64,000 nt of DNA, from NCBI GenBank assembly GCA_963744145.1, contig CAVUSO010000001.1:384001-448000 (forward strand), written 5' to 3'. The translations under genes were made by a program, and so were the position numbers. Positions 1 to 10,561 of the stretch are shown here, piece by piece. Numbering within the stretch: the first letter of the stretch is position 1; every line of letters begins with the position of its first letter. The notes under the pieces are model-generated. The model was not told the DNA's origin. It did no database searches and was given only the letters and a program-made list of their open reading frames with translations. This DNA is from an uncultured cyanobacterium (GTDB taxonomy: Bacteria > Cyanobacteriota > Cyanobacteriia > Cyanobacteriales > CAWUOF01).

Positions 1-42
1 CGTTGGGACACCTGAGCTTGTTCCTAAAAAAGTGATTTGCAT
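1..42 (-). CDS. rnz: Ribonuclease Z, N-terminus only (runs off the window)
   Basis: Reverse complement of 1-42 reads MQITFLGTSSGVPT, the canonical RNase Z N-terminus; not in the ORF track. Confidence 0.85.
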   Translation of the reverse strand, partial: MQITFLGTSSGVPT

Positions 43-78
43 TATTTAAGGGTAATGTAAATTGACTAATTTATCCTT

Positions 79-3000
79 TTACCAAGGACTCCCAATCATC
101 GTAAATCCTGACCAATAATAAGGATGGGATAACTTTTTAATGTTGAAATTAGAGCTGAGATGAGGTAAAGAGATATCTCCAAATGTCCCATATAATTTAC
201 CATTTTCGATCCGGACTTGACCTCGTAACATCGCTAATTGAGCGCGACGTAACGCTTCTGCTTTAATTGGTGCGGTTTTTAATTGCTGATAAAATTCAGC
301 CATTAATCCTAAAGTGCCTTCATCGCTGATTGACCATAAACTAGCTAGAGCAGACTTTACTCCAGCTTGTACAGCTAATCCAGCAAAACCCAACTCAGCT
401 TGTTCGTCCCCCACAGCAGTCCGACAAGCACTTAACACCAGCATTTCTATTTGCTTGTCATTCCATTGTAATTCGTTTAATTTATTAATGGTTAACTGAC
501 TATCCCAAAGTTGTATATAAGATTTACTGCTATCTCCGGGTTGGAACTCTGCGTGAGTAGCGAGGTGAACCAGTTGAAAATGATCGCGTCCAGGTAAGGT
601 TTTGAGATTATCTAGAGTAAATTTTTCATTTAGTAAAGATTTACCTGGCCAAATTTGTGATGTAATCGTTGATAATTCGAGGGGTACTCCAGGTAAAGGG
701 CTCAGGGTTTTAAATTGGTCAGCTCCCATGGCTAAAACTGGAAGGTTTTTTACAGATTCATAGTGTGTATCGGTTAAACTCACGCTGGGAATCATCCCTA
801 GGCTATATTGTTCAATTAAAAATTGTTTACCATCGGACAATGCAGCTAAGGGAATCAGACGTAATCCTGCATCCATTGAAAAAATTAGGGTGTTAATCTT
901 GAGCGCATCTAGATTAGGTTTTAGTGGTAAAATTAGCCAAGAATAAAGTTTTTCAGCCGGAGTTAGATAATTTTTAAAATGTCGTTGTTCAGGAGAAGTA
1001 ATGCTAGTGCGTAATTGATCTACAGTCTTAAGTAAAAGCTGACGATTAGTAGTCCGAATGGTTTTGACGATCGGCGGACCTGATGGTACTACTAATAGTA
1101 ATTGGAGGTTGTCTTGATAAGCGATCGCATAAACAATTACCGCATTGCTGCCAGTTTCGCGAGCAATTTTTTTGAGGCTATTTCTAATACTTTGAGCTGT
1201 GGCTTTTTGGTGGTTTGGTTCTTTCTCTAAAGTGTCTAAATAGGTTTGAGTCCGAATTTCGTCTACTTGAGAAATTGCCTCATCTAAATTGTTAGCAGCG
1301 ATGCTATATGCTAGATTTTGATTAGCGATCGCCTGTTGTAAATTAGAAAACTGAGATAAATTTGGATTGAGAGGTGGTTCTGGATTAGTAGTTGGTTTTG
1401 CTTGGGGATTAGGATTATAGGTTGATTCAGATGTTACCAAAGTTTTTGGTTCAGAGTTATCTTTAGGTGGAGGTATTTGTTGATTATTAGATGAATCAAG
1501 CAATTTATCAGTTATACTGGATTTTATGCTATTTTCTTCTGGATTATAACTAATAATATTCTGATCATTATCTGGACTTGATTCCGATAAATTACTTGCA
1601 GTTTGAGAATTAGAATTAGAGCCAGGTACATCAATATTTAGACTGAGAACTGGTTGATTTACTAGCGACCAGACAAAGTTGTAGCTTCCTGTTTCCAGAT
1701 TCTGATTAATATTAGTTTTAGTTCCGATCAGATCACCAATTAAATATGCTAAAGATTCAAATAAATTATTACCAGCAATATTATTAGAAATTGACGATGT
1801 GGAGGTAGATCCTGGTGTTGGTGTGGAGGTAGATCCGGATGTGGAAGTAGATCCTGGTGTTGGTGTGGAGGTAGATCCGGATGTGGAAGTAGATCCTGGT
1901 ATTGGTGTGGAAGTAGATCCGGATATGGAAGTAGATCCTGGTGTGGAAGTAGAAGTAGATCCGGATGTGGAAGTAGATCCTGGTATTGGTGTGGAAGTAG
2001 ATCCGGATGTGGAAGTAGATCCTGGTGTGGAAGTAGATCCGGATGTGGAAGTAGATCCTGGTGTAGAGGTAGAAGTAGATCCGGATGTGGAAGTAGATCC
2101 TGGTATTGGTGTGGAAGTAGATCCGGATGTGGAAGTAGATCCTGGTGTAGAGGTAGAAGTAGATCCGGATGTGGAGGTAGATCCTGGTGTGGAGGTAGAT
2201 CCTGGTGTGATTGGTGTGGAAGTAGATCCTGGTGTGATTGGTAATGGAGAAGGAACTGGAATAGGATTGGGAATAGATATAATTTGAAGCCTATTTGCAT
2301 CTTGAGTATAAGTGTAGAGATAAGATGCTAGTGGCAAAATAGTTTCTACTGGTAAAGCATTTCCTCTGGTAATAGCTCCTGTAGTACCGTTTGTAGTTGA
2401 ATTACCGACAATAAAAGGTGTAGTTCCATTTCCTCCATGATGGATAATTACCGAACCACCATTTACTTTGCTAGCAGTAGAAATACTAGCATTGACACCA
2501 TTGATATCTGTGAAAGTACCATTAGCTTGGAAGAAATTTTTAGTGGTAACATCCACATTACCTCCTGTACCACTAGCAAGACTTTGAGCATTAATTTCGC
2601 TTAGGGTAATATTGCCATTGCTAGAAAGATTTATATTACCAGCATTTCCCGAGTTAGCAGAATTTAAAGAATTAGTAGAAATATTACCGTTGCTACTAAC
2701 TAGAGAAATTCCTGGTGCTGAGGTAATATTACCTGTGGTTGTGATGTTATTTGTAGTTGTAATATTTACACCAGATAGCGATGTGTTATTAATGTCACCC
2801 TGAACATAAACATTGTTGAGAGGTGTCGTTTTACCTACATTATTTAATTGGACTTTGTTGCTACCAGATATAATAGAAAGGTCATAGTTACCGTCAACAT
2901 TATTATTAAGAGTAATGTTACCTGCATTATAGGTAGTCAGAGATACATTTCCACTCAGAACTAATTTAGGATCGATCGTTAGGTCTTGATTATTGGTAGC

Positions 3001-5178
3001 AATATTACCATTAGCAATAATCTGGTTACCAGCGTTAAGATTAATCTGTCCACCATTACTAGATAAGGAAACAGCATTAATATCTTTGATCTCTAAATTA
3101 CCATTAGTAGCATTAATCGCAATATTCCCACCAGTACCCAGCGCAGAAGTTGTAATTAATGGACCGGCTGTAGTATTAATATTACCATTGTTACTATTAA
3201 GCGTAATTGTCCCACTATTACCACCAAAACCACTAACGATTGTCGTAATATTACCAGTGGTAATATTTTTTTCTGCGTTCATCAAAATATTACCACCATT
3301 AATCCCTCCCGCAGTATTAAGAATTCCTCCACTAGTATCGATCGCACCATTTGAGGAGAGTAGTGTAATATTGCCACCAGTGGTTAGTCCATTAGATAAA
3401 ATTCCCTGAATCGTAATGTTACCAGTAGCATTAAGTTGAACATTACCACCCATATCACTTTTAGCAGCGAAAGAGCTAATTAATCCTGTAGAAATATTGC
3501 CGTTAGCATTAAATGTAATTTCCCCTCCATTACCATTTAGACTGGTAGAATCAATAATGGCTCCTGTCGTATCAATATTGCCATTACTACTATTGAAAGT
3601 AATATTTCCCCCAGTGGAAAGAATTGTTTGAGTCTGAATATTACCAGTAGCTGATAAGTCTACTTTTAACGGTAAGGGCAAAAGTGTTAAAATATTGCCA
3701 ACGTTAATATTTGCTGGAGATGATGGGGAAGTTTTCTGAAAGGTTGTTAGTCCTGTAATGTAGGGAAAACTAACATTATCTATTGTATTATTTACCCCAG
3801 CATGTAAGATCACGACGGGATTGTTCGGATCTAATGTCGGATCAGTTCCTGTAATTACAATTGTATTTGCTGTAATACTTCCTCCCGCGACTACTTTGAG
3901 CGAACTACCTACATAATTTCCAAAGGTAACATCTCCATCAGATGTAATCGTCGGATCGAACAAACTGAAAAAATTTCCTGTTTCACCCGCTAAATTCTGA
4001 ATCGTAAAGTTACCTTTAGTAATATAATGAGCATCACCAGAGATTTTACCGTCACTAATTAACGTTAAGTCTCCTCCAATCTGGAAAGGTGTTTCTGGAT
4101 GATGCAATGCAAGAATATCAATTCCTTGATTACCTCTAATGACTAAATTACCACCTGTTTGAGCAAGAAATGGTTTGGTTTCACTATCTCGAATCCTGAC
4201 TGTATCCTGTGCTAAAAGATTTAAGTCTCCTGTCGTATGGAGTTGACTTTCTACTAAGGTTAAATTGTGGTTAGCTGCTAAGGTTGCTGTTTGAGTGTTT
4301 AGGTTTTGAACTAATACATCTCCGTTTTCGATCCGGATTCCTGAACCAGTTAATTCGACTGTTCCATTGGGATTAATTGTTAATTGATTGGCATTTTCAA
4401 CCCCACCACCTGTGAGTAATTGAGGTAAGGAAGAAGTTGTAATAGTACCAGATGAATTTGTGCTAGTCGGGGGAGATATTTCTAAACTTAAAAGATGATT
4501 AGGTTGGCTAATTTTCAGGACATTTGACCCAGGAACTGCGGCTATATTAATTTGTCCATCTGGAGCATTTAAGACACCCTGACTGATAACTGTACCACCT
4601 AATAAGTTTAAATTTTGTCTAGATTTTACCGTTAAATTTCCCAAGTTAATAATGCTTTCTGGTTGTGTTGTCGTGAAAGCAAAAGCGCTGGGGGTTCCGA
4701 CTAAAGTCTGATAGCTATTGTTACCTTGAGCATTAAACCATAAATTGCTACCAAATCCGATCGCATTAGCTGTTGTAGCAGTAAATGCAGCTGGGACATT
4801 TAAACTAGCATTAGCTCCAAATATGATCCCCGATGGATTAATTAAAAATAAGTTAGAATTACCACCAGTTACTTGAATTCGACCATTGATGACAGAAGCT
4901 TGACCACCCGTTACCCGACCTAATATATTTTGAATGTTTGGTTGTGATTGAAAGTTGGCAATTTGACCGGAATTAAGATTAAATTTGGTAAAACTATGAA
5001 AAAGATTAACTTGATCTGTCGATCGCTGTCCTCCCTGAATATTAAATTGATTCCCCACAGTAGTAACAATTGTATTCGTCCCATCCTTTGCTGGGCTGAT
5101 CGTTTGAGCTGATCCAGGTAGAGCCAAATTTATACTATATATAGCCAGTCCAGTTATTACCAACAGTTTTTTTTTCAT
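79..5178 (-). CDS. Secreted filamentous-haemagglutinin N-terminal domain + beta-helix repeats + Ser/Thr linker + C-terminal CHAT (caspase-like) protease
   Basis: Signal peptide; NLFHSFTKFN and NLFLINPSGIIFG secretion-domain motifs; CHAT motifs HLATHAEF, VLSACRTA, LASLWSISDEGT, HPYYWSGFTMIGSPW. Confidence 0.9.
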   Translation of the reverse strand: MKKKLLVITGLAIYSINLALPGSAQTISPAKDGTNTIVTTVGNQFNIQGGQRSTDQVNLFHSFTKFNLNSGQIANFQSQPNIQNILGRVTGGQASVINGRIQVTGGNSNLFLINPSGIIFGANASLNVPAAFTATTANAIGFGSNLWFNAQGNNSYQTLVGTPSAFAFTTTQPESIINLGNLTVKSRQNLNLLGGTVISQGVLNAPDGQINIAAVPGSNVLKISQPNHLLSLEISPPTSTNSSGTITTSSLPQLLTGGGVENANQLTINPNGTVELTGSGIRIENGDVLVQNLNTQTATLAANHNLTLVESQLHTTGDLNLLAQDTVRIRDSETKPFLAQTGGNLVIRGNQGIDILALHHPETPFQIGGDLTLISDGKISGDAHYITKGNFTIQNLAGETGNFFSLFDPTITSDGDVTFGNYVGSSLKVVAGGSITANTIVITGTDPTLDPNNPVVILHAGVNNTIDNVSFPYITGLTTFQKTSPSSPANINVGNILTLLPLPLKVDLSATGNIQTQTILSTGGNITFNSSNGNIDTTGAIIDSTSLNGNGGEITFNANGNISTGLISSFAAKSDMGGNVQLNATGNITIQGILSNGLTTGGNITLLSSNGAIDTSGGILNTAGGINGGNILMNAEKNITTGNITTIVSGFGGNSGTITLNSNNGNINTTAGPLITTSALGTGGNIAINATNGNLEIKDINAVSLSSNGGQINLNAGNQIIANGNIATNNQDLTIDPKLVLSGNVSLTTYNAGNITLNNNVDGNYDLSIISGSNKVQLNNVGKTTPLNNVYVQGDINNTSLSGVNITTTNNITTTGNITSAPGISLVSSNGNISTNSLNSANSGNAGNINLSSNGNITLSEINAQSLASGTGGNVDVTTKNFFQANGTFTDINGVNASISTASKVNGGSVIIHHGGNGTTPFIVGNSTTNGTTGAITRGNALPVETILPLASYLYTYTQDANRLQIISIPNPIPVPSPLPITPGSTSTPITPGSTSTPGSTSTSGSTSTSTPGSTSTSGSTSTPIPGSTSTSGSTSTSTPGSTSTSGSTSTPGSTSTSGSTSTPIPGSTSTSGSTSTSTPGSTSISGSTSTPIPGSTSTSGSTSTPTPGSTSTSGSTSTPTPGSTSTSSISNNIAGNNLFESLAYLIGDLIGTKTNINQNLETGSYNFVWSLVNQPVLSLNIDVPGSNSNSQTASNLSESSPDNDQNIISYNPEENSIKSSITDKLLDSSNNQQIPPPKDNSEPKTLVTSESTYNPNPQAKPTTNPEPPLNPNLSQFSNLQQAIANQNLAYSIAANNLDEAISQVDEIRTQTYLDTLEKEPNHQKATAQSIRNSLKKIARETGSNAVIVYAIAYQDNLQLLLVVPSGPPIVKTIRTTNRQLLLKTVDQLRTSITSPEQRHFKNYLTPAEKLYSWLILPLKPNLDALKINTLIFSMDAGLRLIPLAALSDGKQFLIEQYSLGMIPSVSLTDTHYESVKNLPVLAMGADQFKTLSPLPGVPLELSTITSQIWPGKSLLNEKFTLDNLKTLPGRDHFQLVHLATHAEFQPGDSSKSYIQLWDSQLTINKLNELQWNDKQIEMLVLSACRTAVGDEQAELGFAGLAVQAGVKSALASLWSISDEGTLGLMAEFYQQLKTAPIKAEALRRAQLAMLRGQVRIENGKLYGTFGDISLPHLSSNFNIKKLSHPYYWSGFTMIGSPW
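1795..2250 (-). repeat. Coding tandem repeat (PGSTSTSGSTST-type, 18-24 bp units)
   Basis: Repeated gtggaagtagatcc(t/g)g units on the + strand. Confidence 0.95.
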
Positions 5179-5331
5179 TTTTGAGATTTTTTAAGAAAAT
5201 AACCAGGTTATTAATATTTTGATGCTAAAAAAGGTTAAAAATAAAAATTATGCAGCGATCGGCTCACTGACTGGGTAGACGGTGACTACTTTGAAATAGT
5301 TCCCTTAATTATGCAAGATTTAAGCGATTCT

Positions 5332-8300
5332 TTACCAAGGACTACCAATCATCGTAAAACCAGACCAATAGTAAGGATGGGCTAAATTAGATTTTTCTAG
5401 ATTACCCAGTTGAGATGGTAAAGACACATCACCACCTTCTCCACGAATGACACCACTATCAATAGTTATTTTTTTCTGAATCATGGAGATTTGTGCTTGA
5501 CGTAGTGCTTCAGATTTAATAGGGACTATTTTTAATTGTCGATAAAACTCACTCATCAATGCTAAAGTCCCTTCATCACTGACATACCAGAGACTCGCTA
5601 ATACCGATTTTACCCCAGCTTGCACGCTTAAACCAGCAAAACCTAATTCCGTTCTATCATCCTCAAGTGCTGTCCGACAAGCACTTAATACTAACAACTG
5701 AGTCGTGGGATGATTTAATTGTAATTGCTGAATCTGGTCTAAAGTTAACCTAGTATCTGAAAATTGAATATAGCTATTTTTAGCAACTCCTGGTTGGAAT
5801 TCTCCATGAGTAGCTAAATGCACAATGTCAAAATTACCAGAAGCACGCTGATTTCTTAGCTTCTCTAAAGTGAAATCTTTATTCAAGAAAGATTTTCCAG
5901 ACCAATTTTTTAGAATTGATGATAACTCAGCTGGTACTGAAGGTAAAGGACTTTGTTCTTTAAATTCGCTTGCTCCCATTGCCAACACTTGAGAATTTCT
6001 AATATCTTTATAGCTGGTATCAGTTAAACTGAGGCTAGGGATTAATCCAATACTATATTTTTCAATTAAAAAGTTTTTACCATCATGTAAAGCGGCGATC
6101 GGTAAGGAACGTAAACCACTATCCATGCTAAATAACAAAAGTTTAATTCCTTGTGCTTGTAATTCTTTTTCGATCGGAGCAATTAGCCACTTATAAAGCT
6201 GCTGAGAAGATGCTAAATAGGTAGTTGTATTGCGACGAGTAGGAGATGTAACTTCATAACGGAATCTTTGGATCATCGGCATCAAAATCTGATCAGAAAT
6301 TGGAACACTTTTAACCATCGATTTACCGTCAGCTGTTACTAATACTAATTGTAATTGATCCGGCAAAACAATCGTATAAAATAAAGCGGGTTTAATTCCA
6401 GTTTGGGAGTAAATATTAGTCAAGGAATCATGGATGTTTTTATTGGTCATGACCTCACTAAAATTTTTACCTAACAAACCTCCTAATTCTTGACTGCGGA
6501 TTGATTCAATTTGCGGAATAGCTTTAACTGGATTGCTGATGTCAATAGTGCTATTAATACTAGTATTAGAAAATGTTGCACTAGAAACTGGATTTGATAC
6601 TATACCTAAAGATGATGTTGGAGTTGGAGTTGGAGTTGGAGTTGGGGTTGAAGATGGAGAGCTAATTGCGATCGCAGATGGTTGTGGTTGTAAACTTTGA
6701 GTTGAGGGTATTTGTAAACTTTGAGTTTGGGGTATTTGTAAACTTTGGGTTGAGGGTATTTGCAAAATTTGGGTTTGGGGTATTTGCAAACTTTGAACCT
6801 GAGATGATTGCCAAGTTTGATTTTCACTTTGGGAGTGAGATAATTGTGTTTGACTTGGAGATAATTGCTGACTTTGAACTGGTTGAGATTGACTTTGGAC
6901 TGGTTGAGATTGACTTTGAACTGGTTGAGATTGACTTTGGACTGGTTGAGATTGACTTTGAACTGGTTGGGATTGACTACTTTGTGATTTAGATAATTCT
7001 CCACTTTGAGATGATTGAGGTTGATCACTATGAGATGATTGAGATTGATCGCTTTGAGATGATTGAGGTTGATCACTATGAGATGATTGAGGTTGATCGC
7101 TTTGAGATGATTGAGGTTGATCACTATGAGATGATTGAGGTTGATCACTATGAGATGATTGAGATTGGCTATTAAGAAGTAGAGATTTACTTTGATTACT
7201 TTGAGGTTGAGATCGATTACCTTGAGATTGATTACCTTGGAATTGAGATTGATTACCTTGAGATTGATTAACTTGGGATTGGGATTGATTAACTTGAGGT
7301 TGATTACCTTGGAATTGATTAACTTGAGGTTGATTAACTTGGGATTGGGATTGATTACCTTGGAATTGATTAACTTGAGGTTGATTAACTTGGGATTGGG
7401 ATTGATTAACTTGAGGTTGATTAACTTGGGATTGGGATTGATTAACTTGAGGTTGATTAACTTGGAATTGGGATTGATTACCTTGAGGTTGATTACCTTG
7501 GGATTGGGATTGATTACCTTGAGGTTGATTACCTTGGAATTGGGATTGATTACCTTGAGGTTGATTACCTTGGAATTGGGATTGATTACCTTGAGGTTGA
7601 TTAACTTGGGATTGGGATTGATTACCTTGGAATTGATTAACTTGAGGTTGATTACCTTGGAATTGGGATTGATTAACTTGAGGTTGATTAACTTGGGATT
7701 GGGATTGATTACCTTGGAATTGATTAACTTGAGGTTGATTAACTTGGGATTGGGATTGATTACCTTGGAATTGATTAACTTGAGGTTGATTAACTTGGGA
7801 TTGGGATTGATTACCTTGAGGTTGATTAACTTGGGATGGGGATTGATTAACTTGAGGTTGATTACCTTGGGATTGGAATTGATTACCTTGGGATTGATTA
7901 CCTTGAGGTTGATTACCTTGGGATTGATTACCTTGGGATTGATTACCTTGAGGTTGATTACCTTGGAATTGGGATTGATTACCCTGAGATTGATTACCTT
8001 GGGATTGATTACCTTGGGATTGATTACCTTGGGATTGATTACCTTGGGATTGATTACCTTGGGATTGATTACCTTGGGATTGATTACCTTGGGATTGATT
8101 ACCCTGAGATTGATTACCTTGGGATTGATTACCCTGAGATTGATTACTTTGAGATTGATTACCCTGAGATTGATTACCTTGGGATTGATTACCCTGAGAT
8201 TGATTACCTTGGGATTGATTACCCTGAGATTGATTACCTTGGGATTGATTACCCTGAGATTGATTACCTTGGGATTGATTACCCTGAGATTGACTACCCT

Positions 8301-10290
8301 GAGATTGACTACCTTGGGATTGACTACCCTGAGATTGACTACCTTGAGATTGACTACCCTGAGATTGACTACCTTGAGATTGATTACCTTGGGATTGACT
8401 ACCCTGAGATTGACTACCTTGGGATTGACTACCTTGAGATTGATTACCTTGGGATTGACTACCCTGAGATTGACTACCTTGGGATTGATTACCTTGAGAT
8501 TGAGATTGACTATTCTGAGAAGATGGAGATGGAGATGGAGATGGAGTTGGAGTTGGAGATGGAGATGGGGTTGGAGATTGAGTTGTATCTGGAGCAATCC
8601 CTGGACCTGGATCTATAATTTTTGGTGGAGCTGGTGGTGGAAGGGAGTCTGGGTTGTTAATACCATTAGTAATAGTAATATGATTACCGGTAATAGCAAT
8701 TAACTGACTAGGATTATTATTAATTGCTAAAATTTCAATATTCCCAGGTGCAGTCATTACTATCGGACCACCCCCATCTGGAATATAAATCTTCCCAACG
8801 CTAATTGTATTACCAGAAAGGGGATTTTCCGTAAAATTTGTGCCGCCTAATTCATCTTTGGAACCAGTAGGAGGATTATCTAAAGTTGTACGACCTGCTC
8901 GTATAACTAGTCCAGGTTGAGTATTTAAAGCATACTTGATTACATCAGGATCGTTAGTAGAAATTGAGCTATCTGGACTGGTAATAGTAATATTCCCACC
9001 GATGATTTGTCCACGAGCTTCTATTTTCAGTGAAGACCCAACATAGTCACCAAATGCAATAAATCCATCAGAACTGATGATTGGATCATACTTACTCTCA
9101 AATTGTCCTGGTTGTCCGTTTAGATTCGTAATCGAAAAATTCCCCCCACTACTAAAATGAGCATCTCCGGAAATAATCCCATTACTTACTAAACTAAAAT
9201 CACCTCCACTTTGTAATGGTGTTTCGGGATGGTTTAATGCTAAAATGTCAATACTGTTGTTACCTTGAATGAGCAAATTTCCCCCAGCTTTAGCTAGAAA
9301 GGGTTCGGTCACGCTATCCCGGATCGTGACTGTATTGTTAGCTAACAGATTTAAGTCTCCGGTTGTGAAAATTTGGCTTTCGGGTAAGGTAAGATTATGT
9401 GCAGCGAAAAGATTAGCTGTCTGGGTACTAAGATTTTTAACAACAACATCTCCATTGATAATTTGTAATCCTGAACCGCTTAACACAACTTCACCCTGTG
9501 CGTTAACTGTTACTCCTGTAGCATGACTACTATTACCCCCTGTTAGTAATTGGGGTAAGCTCACACCCTCTGTCTTAGCACTAGATATTTGTACATCCAG
9601 GCTTAATATATGGTTAGGTTCACTAATTCTGAAAATATTTTCACCCGGAACACTGGTAATGTTAACTTCTCCCTCTGGAGCGCTGAGGTTTCCGGTACTG
9701 ATGATTGTCCCACCAATTAGGTTTAAATTTTGTCCAGATTTAACGGTTAAGTTCCCCGTATTAATAATGCTTCCAGGGTTCAAGCTATTGAAAATAAAAC
9801 CATTGGGATTTCCGTTGAGGATTTGATAATTATTTACTCCATTGGTATTAAACCAGTTGCTCCCAAATCCAATCCCATTCGCAGTGGTCGCAGTGAAACT
9901 AGCAGGAACGTTTAAACTCCCATTCGCTCCAAATACTATCCCTCCAGGGTTTATTAAAAATAAGTTAGAATTTCCTCCCGTAACTTGAATTAACCCGTTA
10001 ATGATGGAGGGATTGCTGCTACTTATTCTACCAAGAATATTTTTAATTGTTGGATTTGATTGAAAATTTGCTATTTGTCCTGCATCTAGATTAAATTTTG
10101 TAAAGCTGTGAAAAAGATTAGTTTTATCCCCGGAAAGTTGCCCTCCACGGATGTTTAATTGATTCCCAACGGAATTAACAACCGTATTTGTGCCATCATG
10201 GGCAGGGATGATTGATTGAGCTAGTACCCAAGGACAAAAAGCTAGACTAAATATAGGTAGTGGAGCCAGAAATAGCAGAATTTGGTTCAT
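5332..10290 (-). CDS. Haemagglutinin-domain/CHAT protein with a very long Q/S/N/G-rich repeat linker
   Basis: Same N-terminal motifs; HLATHGEF and VLSACRTA dyad motifs; SQGNQ repeats. Confidence 0.9.
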   Translation of the reverse strand: MNQILLFLAPLPIFSLAFCPWVLAQSIIPAHDGTNTVVNSVGNQLNIRGGQLSGDKTNLFHSFTKFNLDAGQIANFQSNPTIKNILGRISSSNPSIINGLIQVTGGNSNLFLINPGGIVFGANGSLNVPASFTATTANGIGFGSNWFNTNGVNNYQILNGNPNGFIFNSLNPGSIINTGNLTVKSGQNLNLIGGTIISTGNLSAPEGEVNITSVPGENIFRISEPNHILSLDVQISSAKTEGVSLPQLLTGGNSSHATGVTVNAQGEVVLSGSGLQIINGDVVVKNLSTQTANLFAAHNLTLPESQIFTTGDLNLLANNTVTIRDSVTEPFLAKAGGNLLIQGNNSIDILALNHPETPLQSGGDFSLVSNGIISGDAHFSSGGNFSITNLNGQPGQFESKYDPIISSDGFIAFGDYVGSSLKIEARGQIIGGNITITSPDSSISTNDPDVIKYALNTQPGLVIRAGRTTLDNPPTGSKDELGGTNFTENPLSGNTISVGKIYIPDGGGPIVMTAPGNIEILAINNNPSQLIAITGNHITITNGINNPDSLPPPAPPKIIDPGPGIAPDTTQSPTPSPSPTPTPSPSPSPSSQNSQSQSQGNQSQGSQSQGSQSQGNQSQGSQSQGSQSQGSQSQGNQSQGSQSQGSQSQGSQSQGSQSQGSQSQGSQSQGNQSQGNQSQGNQSQGNQSQGNQSQGNQSQGNQSQGNQSQGNQSQSNQSQGNQSQGNQSQGNQSQGNQSQGNQSQGNQSQGNQSQGNQSQGNQSQGNQSQGNQSQFQGNQPQGNQSQGNQSQGNQPQGNQSQGNQFQSQGNQPQVNQSPSQVNQPQGNQSQSQVNQPQVNQFQGNQSQSQVNQPQVNQFQGNQSQSQVNQPQVNQSQFQGNQPQVNQFQGNQSQSQVNQPQGNQSQFQGNQPQGNQSQFQGNQPQGNQSQSQGNQPQGNQSQFQVNQPQVNQSQSQVNQPQVNQSQSQVNQPQVNQFQGNQSQSQVNQPQVNQFQGNQPQVNQSQSQVNQSQGNQSQFQGNQSQGNRSQPQSNQSKSLLLNSQSQSSHSDQPQSSHSDQPQSSQSDQPQSSHSDQPQSSQSDQSQSSHSDQPQSSQSGELSKSQSSQSQPVQSQSQPVQSQSQPVQSQSQPVQSQSQPVQSQQLSPSQTQLSHSQSENQTWQSSQVQSLQIPQTQILQIPSTQSLQIPQTQSLQIPSTQSLQPQPSAIAISSPSSTPTPTPTPTPTSSLGIVSNPVSSATFSNTSINSTIDISNPVKAIPQIESIRSQELGGLLGKNFSEVMTNKNIHDSLTNIYSQTGIKPALFYTIVLPDQLQLVLVTADGKSMVKSVPISDQILMPMIQRFRYEVTSPTRRNTTTYLASSQQLYKWLIAPIEKELQAQGIKLLLFSMDSGLRSLPIAALHDGKNFLIEKYSIGLIPSLSLTDTSYKDIRNSQVLAMGASEFKEQSPLPSVPAELSSILKNWSGKSFLNKDFTLEKLRNQRASGNFDIVHLATHGEFQPGVAKNSYIQFSDTRLTLDQIQQLQLNHPTTQLLVLSACRTALEDDRTELGFAGLSVQAGVKSVLASLWYVSDEGTLALMSEFYRQLKIVPIKSEALRQAQISMIQKKITIDSGVIRGEGGDVSLPSQLGNLEKSNLAHPYYWSGFTMIGSPW
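6600..8580 (-). repeat. Coding tandem repeat array (15-bp SQGSQ/SQGNQ/PQVNQ units, then SSHSDQPQ, SQSQPVQ and LQIPQTQ blocks)
   Basis: ttgattaccttggga-type 15-mers repeated dozens of times. Confidence 0.95.
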
Positions 10291-10561
10291 ATTTTTTTTT
10301 AAAATAAAGTTTCTTTGCCTATGCTCATTATTAGTATACCGCTCTTTAATTTAATTTTAGTAAAATTTAGTACATCTTTATATTGATTAGCCAGAGATAT
10401 TTTTCTACTACTCATCAGAGTATTCTATCATAAAAAAATAAATTCTTTTTTAAAGATTATGTAAAGTTTTTAAACAGCTAACCGCATCGTCAGGCACTAA
10501 TTTTCGACTAAATTCCCGAGCGATCGCCAAAATCAGGGGTGATACCCCTCGGGTCAATTAG

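Noticed and set aside
1749..2300. Alternate-frame ORFs (PHPDLL and VEVDP repeats)
   Set aside because: Shadows of the coding tandem repeat in the 79-5178 gene
6606..8703. 663-aa KVINP and 503-aa LITLG ORFs
   Set aside because: Stop-free shadow frames of the 15-bp repeat
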